The notes under the pieces are model-generated. The model did not search any database and was not told where the DNA came from. It was given only the letters and a program-made list of their open reading frames with translations. 64,000 nt of DNA from Lama glama (lineage: Eukaryota): assembly GCA_028534125.1 (NCBI GenBank), contig CM052817.1, positions 10,852,001-10,916,000 of the forward strand, read 5' to 3'. A program made the position numbers and the translations under genes. Positions 26,286 through 37,619 of this stretch are shown here, piece after piece (position 1 is the stretch's first letter; each line of letters starts with the position of its first letter).

Positions 26286-27519
26286 ATAACTCATATTCAT
26301 TAAGCACTTACCATGAGCCAAGCACTGTGTCAAGCCCTCAAGAGAAAATCACTCTCATTATCTCCATTGTGAACACTCTGGCGTAGAGAGGTGCTTTGCC
26401 AAGAACCACAGGCGAGTAAGGGAGCACAGTCAGGATGCAAACCCACGCAGCCTGCACTTTACTTGGAGGTGAGGGTTTCATCTTGAGGTTGACTTTGCTC
26501 CAGAGAGCATCCTGACTGCAGCAATCCGGGCTTCATGACTTCCCCACAACGTCCATGGAAAGAGAGGGCATCCCTTTCAATGGCTGTCTTAAGAGAGAAC
26601 CGTCTTTCCCAGAATTCCCTCCACAGTCCCCCACCTTTTTTGTGTCTAATTAGCAGATATTGGTCAGATGCCTATTCCTAAACTGAACCTTGTACCAAAG
26701 TGAAGATGTGGCTTGATTGGCTTTGGCCAAAGTTGCCAGTCCAACCAGGTCCAGGGAAGTAAAAGAGGGTGGGTTATCTTTAATAGGGTAAATCCCTGCA
26801 TCTGGAGGTAGGTTCAAATTCCCCTGGAGCATGTGGGCTATCGGGAGGTGAGTAGGTGCGTGGAAGTGAACAGGTGTAGTTTCAGGAAGGAGTAATGGGC
26901 AGCGTGGATGCTCTATAGGCAACTGACTGTGTCCACTGTAATCCCTCCTCTTTAAAATTCTACAACCACTCTCAGAATAAAGTACAGATGCATTTGCAAA
27001 GCATACAACTTCTGTCACCTTTCACCGTCAACCTGCATTTCCAGGCGCACCTCCAGCCACTGTCTGGACCGGTTCCCCGCCTCCTAGAACTAGTCACGCT
27101 TCTCTAAGAGCCTGGCTCTGTTTATCCATCCCTTTACCTTTACCTGTCCCATCCTGTGCCTGAAAAGCTTATCAACACTTAGTAAGGAGGGCCGCTCTGA
27201 TAAGATCCCTTTTCTCAGCACCACCACCACACTCCGCCCACCGGCGTGATGCCGGAGCTGCAGTTCCCCAGTCCCTCCATCACGGGGCGCTGTGGAGCTG
27301 TGTGCACGGGTCGTCTTTCATCCCGGCCTTGCAGCTCGTGGAGGGGACGCCAGCCAGACTCAGTGCCTGGAAAGTAGGCGGCGTGATTCTAAAGAAAATT
27401 AAGACTGTAAATCAATTACCCTTCAATTAAAATTTATACAAACTTTAAAAAATAAAGAAAATAACGAGTTAATGAATCCTAATGTGATGTACTCTCTCAA
27501 CTTGCAAGCTTTTCCGTCC

Positions 27520-27695
27520 CAACCCTTGTCAAGATTGAAATTACATATTCATTGATGTGATCATTCATTTGGGGTCTATTGCCCCATAAAAATATAAGCT
27601 TTGTGGGGGCAGGGACCATGTCTCTTGTTCACCTTGGCACCTATCACAGGGTCTGATACAGTCCAAGGACTTAATAAATATCGGCTGAAGGAATC
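27520..27695 (+). mobile_element. L2 3' end
   Basis: aatataagctttgtgggggcagggaccatgtctcttgttcacc..cttaataaatatcggctgaaggaat. Confidence 0.7.
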
Positions 27696-29479
27696 TAACA
27701 GCCAGGGTTTAAAGCTGCCTAAAAACTGCATACACTATTTTTTTCCCATCATATCTATTTCCTTCATCAAGGAAATAATATGGCTCATAGAAACAGAGTA
27801 GAAATCTAGGCTTTATTCCAGACATCTTTTCACAGCTTCGGTTGCTGGAAAGAGGCAAAAAAACCCTCAGTCACATGATTTTGTATTTAGAATATTAATT
27901 TTTCCTAGGTCATGCAGAAACAGCGATACATTCCTTAATGAAATGCTCTTGTACTAATTTCTATTTGTATGCAAAAGACGTCATCGGTTTAACACATGGA
28001 GACAATCTCCCCCACACACGCACACCCATATCTGCATAGCAGAAGAAGGGAAAGGCTTCTGATTTATTACACATAAACAAAATGAATAAGATAACATTTT
28101 ATTAGTTAGAAACCATTACAAAAACAGCAAGAAAATGAGACAGTACAAGTGGAAGACGCCCTTATCAATAAATCCTCGGAAGTTTAGGACCCTGGTGCAT
28201 GTTGTAATAATAAAAAAGATAATTAAAAGGATGGGACTGCAGAACTGTATCATTTCATCAAGAAGCAGCCTCACAACAATAGGAAACATCAGGGCAGTGA
28301 TGGTCTGTGCATCTCCAACCTGGGTGGAAAAGAAAGGTGTTTGAGATTGAAGTTGTTTGAGCAAATGTGAGAAGAATCCATTTTTAGGTTGTGTCATATT
28401 GAAAACATGCAAATCCAGGCAAGAAATGGCTCCCTTTTAAAGATCAGTATCTTTTTAAGTCTTGTTTCTGGTGGTAAGCAATAAATAGCACGATTTAATT
28501 AGCCGTGTCCAGTCTATCAATTATAGTTGATATTATAACTAACAGCTGTAGGTGAGAAAGACAGTGTCATTGTTAATTTTTCTACAAGACACTGGGTTTT
28601 TCTTCCCTTGACTGAGAATCTTCATTTCATCCTAGAAAATCCTTGTGACACGTTGCAAATACTTTTTATATAAAAGCATCACAGGGAAACACAGAGATTC
28701 CAGAGGTTTTTCATTTCCCAGAGAGCCATAGTCAGTTTTTAGAAAGTAAATCGTGTCCCTACCCTTCCCTGCCCTCCAGGTCAACACTTCCCCTCCCCCA
28801 TCTTGGTCAGTTTAATATGAGTCACTGCCTGGGCTTTGTTCTATGGAATAACATTTTCTCCTGGGAGTCAGTTCATGCAAAACACTCCCCGCTGAGAGAG
28901 TGGAAATTTACCCATAAGACATTCTTTTAGCAGCAAGACCCTGGAGGAAGCCTGATCAGAATGTTTAAAGTCTGGACTAGCCTGTTCTTAACTCCCTCTG
29001 CATTTCTCAGAAGGAAAAAAAACAAAAAAACAAAAAAAAAACTAAGCCATGTCTTAAAGGTTGATAACATCTGGTGACAACAGACACAATGAGATATAGT
29101 CGAATGTAGAAAGAAAGCTGAAAATGAGTAGCTTATTTCCAATATTTCTTTTGCTATCTATATTCTGTTTTCTCTTCTTCCTATTTTGGTCTGCAGTCAT
29201 TCTGTAATCATTCGATGGATCAATGCATCAACTTTTTTATTTTAAACAACTGCCAGATATTCAATAAGTTATGTTAAGCCAAGTAGCTATTATTTCACAA
29301 TGTTTTTAATAAACTCAAATGTATTTTCTGTAATGCAAGTGACATCGATTTACCACCAAAATAAGACATGCATTGATAAATGGAGCAAATCATGAGAAAG
29401 CTTGATTGTGCTTTCTTGAGAAAGTCTTGAAGCAAGCTCAGCTTTGTAACATACACATAATAAAACATAATTAATAATT

Positions 29480-29549
29480 TATATAACGTATCTATACACA
29501 TATATGCATATATATACATATGCATACATATATGCATACATATACATAT
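29480..29549. repeat. (TA)n/(TATGCATACA)-type low-complexity microsatellite
   Basis: atatatgcatatatatacatatgcatacatatatgcatacatatacata. Confidence 0.9.
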
Positions 29550-31006
29550 CTGTTTTTGAAAGAGTAAAGCTACTGATCATGGAAGACTTGGGAAGTAGCC
29601 TTACTAAGAACTTTGCTTCCTCCTTGTCATTTACCAGATATTTACCAGATGATGATGCAGGAAGTTGGAAGGAATATAACATTTCACCCCAGCAACTCTC
29701 ACCTTAGAGAGGACTTAGACGGAGCTGACTGACTTAAAACACCATCTGCGTGATGGCCAAGGAGCAGAAGCCTGATGGTCCCTTGGCTATACATTTTGTC
29801 ATCTTTTCTCATTATTGAGAACACTGTTATCTTGGCTTTGAAAAGTGCACTTATAATACACTTTACTAAATAGTATGTAGAGTTGCATAATGTATGCCTG
29901 TGTGAAAACCCTGTTCAAAATTTCAAAGTTTGCAAACTGGAAGAATAAGTGAGTGGCTCACTTAATTTATTTTAATCAGTTATATCAGGAAAATGCAATT
30001 CTATTGAAGGGAAACCTTTGCAGAAGCAGAGAGCAATTATGTTTTGCACGCAGAGTACTCTTTTTAAAATAGACCATGTGTGCAGCATAAAAAAAAGCTT
30101 AGTAATGTCAATCATCTTGATTTCAAATTCCTTCAATGCAGCCCTTAAAGAGTGCAAAAATTACAGAAAGCAAAGCAAAAGCGATTTCTCTCAAGATTCT
30201 GTGCAGCTGTTCTCTGTAATTTTTGAACGCTCTTGATATAAATGTGTTTCCAAAGTTACTTGTTTGTAAAAGTAAAAATTACTGCAGTAACACTCTTAAC
30301 CTTGTTTAAAATAGATATGCTCAAGTTATACCTTAAAGAGAGTAACTCACCAGAAGCCCCTTGTGCGAGTTAAACTTTGACTAAATTTAAGTAATGGGAT
30401 TCCCCCAATAATTAACATCACATTATGCAACAGAACAGCTTAGAAGTTGAGAAGCAGATAGCAATGGTGCAAATGGCAGCCTATTTAAAAGAATTTGTTA
30501 AATTGTTGAAGAGGTACATGAGAGGCAGGTAAGAAAATTTTGCGGCAAGTACCACCCTTCCAAAGACACATCGAAATGCTGAGAGCAGAGATCTCTGCTT
30601 TCACAGATTTGGGCAGATTTCAAATAAAGTAAATGCATTTCACAGGTAAAAACAATCCTGTTTCCTTTCCACCTAATGTAAGTAAATCAACCGTGAGCTC
30701 AATATTGAGTGGAAATCTCTTAAGATACAGTGACTTATAACCTGTCCAGATATGATTAACAAAGACCTTTGATTAAAAATGGGAATATAGATGGCTTGTG
30801 ACAGGTAAATCCCTCTGGTTCGGTGTGCAAGTTTCCATTGTTTCATATATTCTTAGATTTGGGTCATTTTCTGGTTTGTAACACAGGAACTTGTATAGAT
30901 TTCATTATTATTAGAAATTCCACCAGCAGGTTGAAACTTTGAACAAATACTTCAAGTCTCTTGGAAGAAATGAATAACCTAAAAGTACAGCGTCAGTTTC
31001 ATAATG

Positions 31007-31240
31007 CAGGCAGCCTCTAGCTCAGAAATGGAGTGCACTTCAGAAGTTCACTGGGAAGCTGATGGTTTAGCATTCAGAACGCATTTTCCGATAGAAGCAG
31101 TTTCATCACTGTGGCTGGTTTCCTAAGTTAGCAAAAAATCCTATTTAACTCATAATGAACCAGAAATGAGTGTTAGTATTAAAGAAGCATTATTTTAAAT
31201 ACATCATTTGACCACTTGTGATACTATAATTGGGGAGAAA
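31007..31240 (+). mobile_element. Tigger15a-like DNA transposon fragment
   Basis: caggcagcctc..agaagttca..cagaacgcattttccgatagaagca..cctatttaactcataatg matches the recalled 5' end of Tigger15a. Confidence 0.6.
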
Positions 31241-31544
31241 CATATTTTAATTTTTAAGTTAGACTGGTGACAGCAGATATCTCCACCCTATTCCCTCAAA
31301 GCATTGACAAATTACTGAGCATTAATCTGCCTGGATACTAAGAATTTGTTAACTCTTGACAATTCCATCATTGCAGAAGGACAGTCATTTTTTTATGTTA
31401 TTCATTATCCATTTATTTTGTATCAGCTAACAAAATGATTGTATATCTGACCACTTACTAGCTGTGTGACCTTGGACAATTTATTTATTCTCTCTGTGCC
31501 TCCAAAGGCTGTCGTGAAAATAAATGAGATAATTTTTCTGCAGG

Positions 31545-32230
31545 AGATGTTTGCTCTGTGCCTCGTCCAGTTTCCATGCCTCCTCTTCAAGCTCTATCCC
31601 TAGTTTCCATTGGAGAATTCTCTTCCCTCCCAGTTCTAATCCAGGTTCCCCGGGGTGGAGCACATGACCCAACCCTGCCAATCAGAGCTGGCTTCAGGGG
31701 TGACCTCTAGGAGATTGCTTCAAGGGTGAGCCACCTACTGAAGCAGGTCCAGTAAGACCTCAGGACAATTTTCCCTGGGAATGCTAAGCCAGAAACACTT
31801 GGTTTTCTCTGCCGGACTTGAATCTGGAAGGAGAGGGCTTCAGGAACAACTGGGATCTATCTTTATGCGTTCTAGTGGTTCTCATTGGAGGGGAGAAGAG
31901 GGCGGTAGCCTACCCCATCACCCACAGAACATTTGGAAGAATATGAAAACATTTTTGGCTGTCACGGCTCTCAGGGGACAAAGTTGCTGTCCTCATCTAG
32001 TGGATAGAGGCCAAGGGTGTGCTAAACATCCTACAATGCACAGAATGGCCACTCACAGCAAAGAATTTTCTGTCCCAAAATGTCAGTAGTGCTGAGATTG
32101 AAAATCCCTGCTCTAAATACATGGCAACCCCTAAAAACATCACAGAAGCAGAACTGACAAACAGAGAAAAATTGACTCCTGGTGATACTGTTTGACCCTG
32201 GATCTAATCACAACTTGCTTGATTTTCTGT
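31545..32230 (+). mobile_element. MLT1K/LTR33-class LTR interrupted by MER20
   Basis: gagcacatgacccaaccctgccaatcagag..; tcctggtgatactgtttgaccctggatcta after the MER20. Confidence 0.5.
31873..32110 (+). mobile_element. MER20 hAT-Charlie DNA transposon
   Basis: agtggttctca..acatttttggctgtcac..catctagtggatagaggccaagggtgtgctaaacatcctacaatgcacagaa..gtcccaaaatgtcagtagtgctgagattgaaaatccctg. Confidence 0.9.
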
Positions 32231-32489
32231 CCCACCCCCAAAGAATCTTAATTGATAAAACTAGTATATATGGAACATAATGCCTGACATACAATAGGCA
32301 CCCAGTACATGGTTGCTGTTTTCATAAAGGTTATCACTCACATGAGAAGCAGGATGGGGAACCCAGAATGACAGTTTGTTTATAACCAAATGCTTATGGA
32401 TTAGATGCCATCTACATAAGAATTACATAGCAATCAGCTCCTTACAGCAGGCTCCTATGCCCTCTCCTGTGTTCTCAATTCAGCCTACA

Positions 32490-33212
32490 TTTCTTTTTTG
32501 TTTTTGTTTTTGAAGCATAGTCGGTTTACAATATTGTGTTAATTTCTGGCGTACAGTACATAGTGATTCAGATATATTTATACTCCTTTTCTTATTCTTT
32601 TTCATATAAGATATTACAAGGTATTGAATATAGTTCCTTGTGCTATACAGTAGGACCTTGTTTATCTATTTTATATATAGTAGTTAGTATCTGCCAATCT
32701 CAAACTCCCAATTTATCCCTCCACCCCTTCTTCCCGACACCCCCACCCCACCCCCAGTAACCATAAGTTTGTTTTTTATGTCTGTGAGTCTATTTCCGTT
32801 TTGTAAATAAGTTCATTTGTCTATTTTTTAGACTCCACATATAAGTGATATCATATGTTATTTTTCTTTCTCTTTCTGGCTTACTTCACTTAGAATGACA
32901 ATCTCCAGGTCCATCCATGTTGCTGCAAAAGGCATTATTTTATTCTTTTGTATGGCTGAGTAGTTATTCCATTGTATAAATATACCACAACTTCTTTATC
33001 CAGTCATCTGTCAATGGACATTTAGGTTACTTCCATGTCTTGGCTATTGTAAATAGTGCTGCTATGAACACTGAGGTGCATGTATCTTTTCAAATTAAAA
33101 TTCCTCTAGACATATGCCCAGGAGTGGGATTGCTGGATCGATCATATGGTAAGTCAATTTTTAGTTTTTAAAGGAATCTTCATACTGTTTTCCATAATGA
33201 TTGCACCAGCAT
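32490..33212 (-). mobile_element. 5'-truncated L1 (ORF2 C-terminus and 3'UTR), cetartiodactyl-type
   Basis: T-rich tail, then tttacaatattgtgttaatttctgg..ccttgtgctatacagtaggaccttg..tccatccatgttgctgcaaa..ggacatttaggttacttccatgtcttggctattgtaaatagtgctgctatgaaca; remnant peptide MENSMKIP. Confidence 0.92.
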
Positions 33213-33640
33213 CCCAAATTTTTGATTTGTCCTCAGGAAAAAAAAAAAAACTTAGATCCAAAAGATAATGCCATTTTTGCCCAAAATTTTCAGTTTTCTC
33301 TGGTTTACATCTCATATTATTGAAAAGTCTGTGCATCTGAAGGAGACTGAGTAATTAAAACAAAAGAAAAAGGTGCAGAATCACTGTCTTTCTTTTAAAC
33401 ATGACTACCAGTCTGTCCATACAAACCAGTATGGCAATTTAAAATTGCTTCTTAAAATAATGTTTAGGGTTAAAATATTATCTCATTTATAGCCCATATT
33501 TTTCTTTTCAGTTCTTGTTCTTTTGGAATATACCATGGAAGTGGACTGGGTGGTAGTGCATCCTAGATTCATTGAAAACAAAAGTTCAAGATCCTTTTTC
33601 TTTGTTTTTGATGTTGTCTCTGCCCCCAAAAGTGTGTATG

Positions 33641-33644
<4 letters not shown>

Positions 33645-33672
<28 letters not shown>
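33645..33672. repeat. (CA)14 microsatellite
   Basis: Perfect dinucleotide run. Confidence 0.95.
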
Positions 33673-33675
<3 letters not shown>

Positions 33676-34844
33676 GCCATTTGATCAACTCAAAATAATT
33701 ATCTCATTTCCTGATTTTAAAATCCTTTAGCTTTTAGGTCATAAGTTTCACAGTATTTTCACTCTCTTAGCAGTTTGTGCATTTTCATTCCTCTGTAAGA
33801 TATGAACATATTATACTAAGAGATATTATATAAATGAAACCATTATTCAAAATGAGAATCTCCTCTGCTAGCAGCATCACTATTTGTAGCATATAAGACT
33901 AAATAAATGTCTCCCGTGAGTGACTAAATGCAAAATAAAAAGTAACCACTCAACTTTAATAGTTTAAGAAACACTATTAAACATAATGGCTTCTTGACAT
34001 TCAAGTAGTGCTATGTTTTAAGTGATCTTCATTTTTTAAGAACTACTTTATTTTCATTTAAAATATTGATGGCAAATCAAGCTCTCCAGAGCAAGGAACC
34101 AGAGGAGAAAGCTTTCCTAAGAAAATAAACTTCCACGGACTCTGGATTTCCACGGTGCTATTTTTTTTATTTTGTTTTTGTTTGGTTTTCTTTTTGTGCT
34201 CTCCCGAGGCTATGTAATAACATCATATAAATGAACAACCTGAAAAAACCTGATGGAGCAATCTTATTTCTCGAGATTTTCTTCAATCCCTGCCGAGATG
34301 GACTTTTGACCACATCCCAGCCTTCCTCCCTTCAGCCTTAAGGAGGAGCTCTCATTTCTCTCCAGGACACCTGAGGAACAGAATGGCCCCTTGGGACCAC
34401 CATGAAACAAAACTCACTTGAAAGAGACAAGACAGGCAGAGGAGGGAGCCAGGGGAAGTAGAGCCTTCAAAGGAGGTAGCGACCCCTTTTCCTTTCTTAT
34501 CCCTCTGCAGAAGATTAGCACTAGAATTCAGCTCAAAGGGAACAGAAAGCAACAAGAAGGTGCCAGGTATGCTGAGACCTGATTTTAGCCTAGAATTCTG
34601 TGAAGGGCACCTTCAGAGTCCGGCTCTTATCCCACCCCCGTTGATGAGGTTCCAAGGAGAAAATCCTGGCGAGGAATTGGGTGTGTGGCTGACGGTCCCA
34701 TGCTGTATTGGAAGAACGTGGTGGTGCATGAGTAGGCAAGGGTTTGGGGAGAGGGGGAATGTAGAAAAGACGTGGGCATAGCTCTCCACGAGTAAGTGTT
34801 TAGTTGACTACAGAACAATACCAGAGCAAAGACCCTAATCCCTG

Positions 34845-34945
34845 CCCACTAGACCCTAAGCTCTCTGAGGGCAGGGCCTGTGTCTGTCTTATTCCTGACA
34901 GTGCTCCCAGTCTCACAATAGTGCCTGGCACACAGCAGAAATGCA
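34845..34945 (+). mobile_element. L2 3' end fragment
   Basis: cactagaccctaagctctctgagggcagggcctgtgtctgtctt..acaatagtgcctggcacacagcag. Confidence 0.8.
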
Positions 34946-35509
34946 CTACACCAACCCCTTACCTGCCACAGGAAAACATAATGGGACCAACACTTGCTTA
35001 CAGACTTGGAGCAACTCAAATAGTCTTCCTGGGTGTTAGTTACCTTATTACCAAAAATGTAAGAGATGAAGTAAATGATTTCTCCAGTACATTATAGCCC
35101 TGTGAAGCTACAAAATATGCCCTAAGGTTGAAACACAGCAATCACAAATTTACAGATGTGTGTTCAGAGAAATGACAACCATCCACCTGTTCCTTATATG
35201 CATCACTTTGAGTCACAGTTGGGAAAATTAAAAAATGTGAAGGTATTTGTCAGATTAAGTATTTCTGTCATATTCAAGGCAATACCAAGGTCCACCCGCC
35301 AAACCACCAAAAAAAGAGATTTCCATTCTGGCTGCCATCCACCTGGGGATATTTTTCATCTTTCTGTGGTCAGCAGCATTATTTGTCTGGAACTCTCAAA
35401 GATTTCATTCTTGGCTCACTGAGCATCCATGTTCAATATTGTGCAACAGGAAAAAATTTCCAAATCATAAAAGTCCCACCGAGAACAAGTCCCCTTTGAG
35501 TGGCATGGC

Positions 35510-35995
35510 CAGACGTGCATAGGGTTTGAGTCAGACCTGCCGGAGCATGAACTCCAATAGGATGCTTAACCTCCTTGAACTACAGTCGCCTCCTCTGCAG
35601 TACGGTGATAGTTCCTGCCCTACTGAGTTGGGAAGATAAAATGAAATGATGTATGTGAAATGCATGTCCGAAATTAACACTCAATGAATATTAGCAACTG
35701 TTATTGTTTAAGTTCCTTTCACTTGCTTGGAGAAGTTAAGAAACAAATGATTTAAAGGATTAAAAAAAAGTGGATGATGAGCTCTCTTTGAAAGATGGGA
35801 AATTGAAAGAACTGAGAAAGAGTCTGAATGTAGAGTCAGAAAATCTCGAACACCACCTCTACTTATAGGATGTTTGATCTTGGGCAGGTCACTGTATCTC
35901 TCGAATCCAGCTTCCTCTTCTGTAAAACAAGATTAACTACGTGTCCTGAAAGCACTCTGTACATTCTAAAGTGCTATTCAAATGTTCAGTGCTAA
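35510..35995 (+). mobile_element. Two MIR SINE fragments (~35510-35710 and ~35820-35995)
   Basis: ttgagtcagacctg..gaagataaaatgaaatgatgtatgtgaaatgc..actcaatgaatattagc; gagtcagaaaatct..gatcttgggcaggtcac..cttcctcttctgtaaaac. Confidence 0.6.
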
Positions 35996-37357
35996 CATCA
36001 TTGTTACAGTAAACAAAATGGTCCAAGGACACGCTGAAAACACAGGCTTACGGAGCCGTGACATACTCATGGACCGATGGGAAGCGGTAGCTAAGGATTT
36101 GCCAGGTTGACGTTCTGGAACTGGAAAGAGGGTGATTTTTTTAAGGTCTCTTTTGGCAATAGGGAAGCAAGGAAAGCGGAGTTAGAATTGCAGCCAGTTG
36201 TGGGTTCTTCCAGAGCAGTGGCAGCCTGACTAAGATGGGGTAGAGGAAATTAAAGCATGCTTGAATTGAACTACATTCGGAATTATTTCCACAGATGCAA
36301 CCACGACCATCCTTGATTTCAGAAGTTGCTCTTTCTGTGATTCCAATGCATTTTACGTCCCTACACAGATTTAAGAAAGTCACATAGCAGAAGACAAGAG
36401 AACAAAACTTGAACAGCAAAGGAATTTATTGTAAGCTCCCTTAAACATATTGCACTGAGGTGTGAAACGGTGGAAAGCAGCTCTGTATACACAGAGTATA
36501 ACACAGTTCACCTCGGAGGTTACTTAGGAACCTGACTTTATCAGAGATGTCAGAATTGTCGTAAAGTTTTCAGGAATCCACAAATCACTATTCACAAACC
36601 AGTCCCCACTAGCTTTGACAAATACTGACATTCCTTAGCGAGCCAGGGTGAGACCCGGGGTACTTTTCGGGGGATGAATGACAAGTTGGGAGGAGTCAGT
36701 AGCCCACTGGACGGGCAGTCAGGGGGCCATTAAGTCTAGTCAGTCGTTAATCTCCGGGAAGTGCCCAGAACCAAGGTCATTATTGCTATTATAAACTAAA
36801 AAGGAAAAGGGAAAAAAAAGGAGGCGCGTAGCTCTTTTTTATGGGTGATACAGTTTCAATCGGCACATATTGAGCATTTCTAGAGATTTAATTAAGCAAT
36901 CAGATTGCTTGAGTGGTCTCAATATTCAGTGCCTTTTATAGAGTTCTTTAATGACTATGCGTAGAATTATTCTGGATACTTTATGGACCATAGCAAGTGA
37001 AGTTTTATGTCTTCCCAGGAACACAGTGAACCTTTCCACCAACACCGTAGCTTAAGCAAAGTTTTCTGTTGCTGTTGTTGTTTTGAGGTGGGGGGAGGAT
37101 CGCAGACTTGTGTCTAGAGTGGTGTAGCCAAAAGAAGTAGAATGAAGGTCATCTACTTACACCAAAAAGCATTTGACTCGGCTTCTTGATTCATGCCAGT
37201 GAAAAGCAGTACCAATATCCAGTGAGAAGAGGAGAGGCGGCACACTGAATATTGTATTCGCCATTCATTCATCTTCTAGGGCATAGGGATATAAAGCCCG
37301 CTTTCAGCATGCAGGATTTCTCAACGAACAAAATCCATAGGATCCACTTATACACAG

Positions 37358-37610
37358 GGCAGCATGACACAGTGTTTAAGAGAACTGGCTGTGGGTTCGG
37401 ACTGGGTTCAAATCTTCACATACTCACTGTGAGATATTGGACAAATTACTTAACCTCTCTGTGCCTCAGTCTCTTCAACTTTAAAGTGGGGCTAGAATAA
37501 TTCTTTCCTCATTGGTTCTTTTAAAGATGTTATGTAAATTTAAAAAAGCACTAAGAATAGCACATGGCCTGTAATATGAACTACATAGGTATTAGCTCTC
37601 ATTGTTACAT
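37358..37610 (+). mobile_element. MIR SINE
   Basis: ggcagcatgacacagtgtttaagag..ctgggttcaaatc..ttggacaaattacttaacctctctgtgcctcagtctc..aaagcactaagaatag. Confidence 0.85.
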
Positions 37611-37619
37611 CCTTGTGCA

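Noticed and set aside
29610..29790. Possible exon after ttgcttcctccttgtcatttaccag
   Set aside because: The acceptor-like site is part of an 11-bp tandem duplication (atttaccagat x2), I found no convincing downstream donor, and the peptide is unrecognisable.
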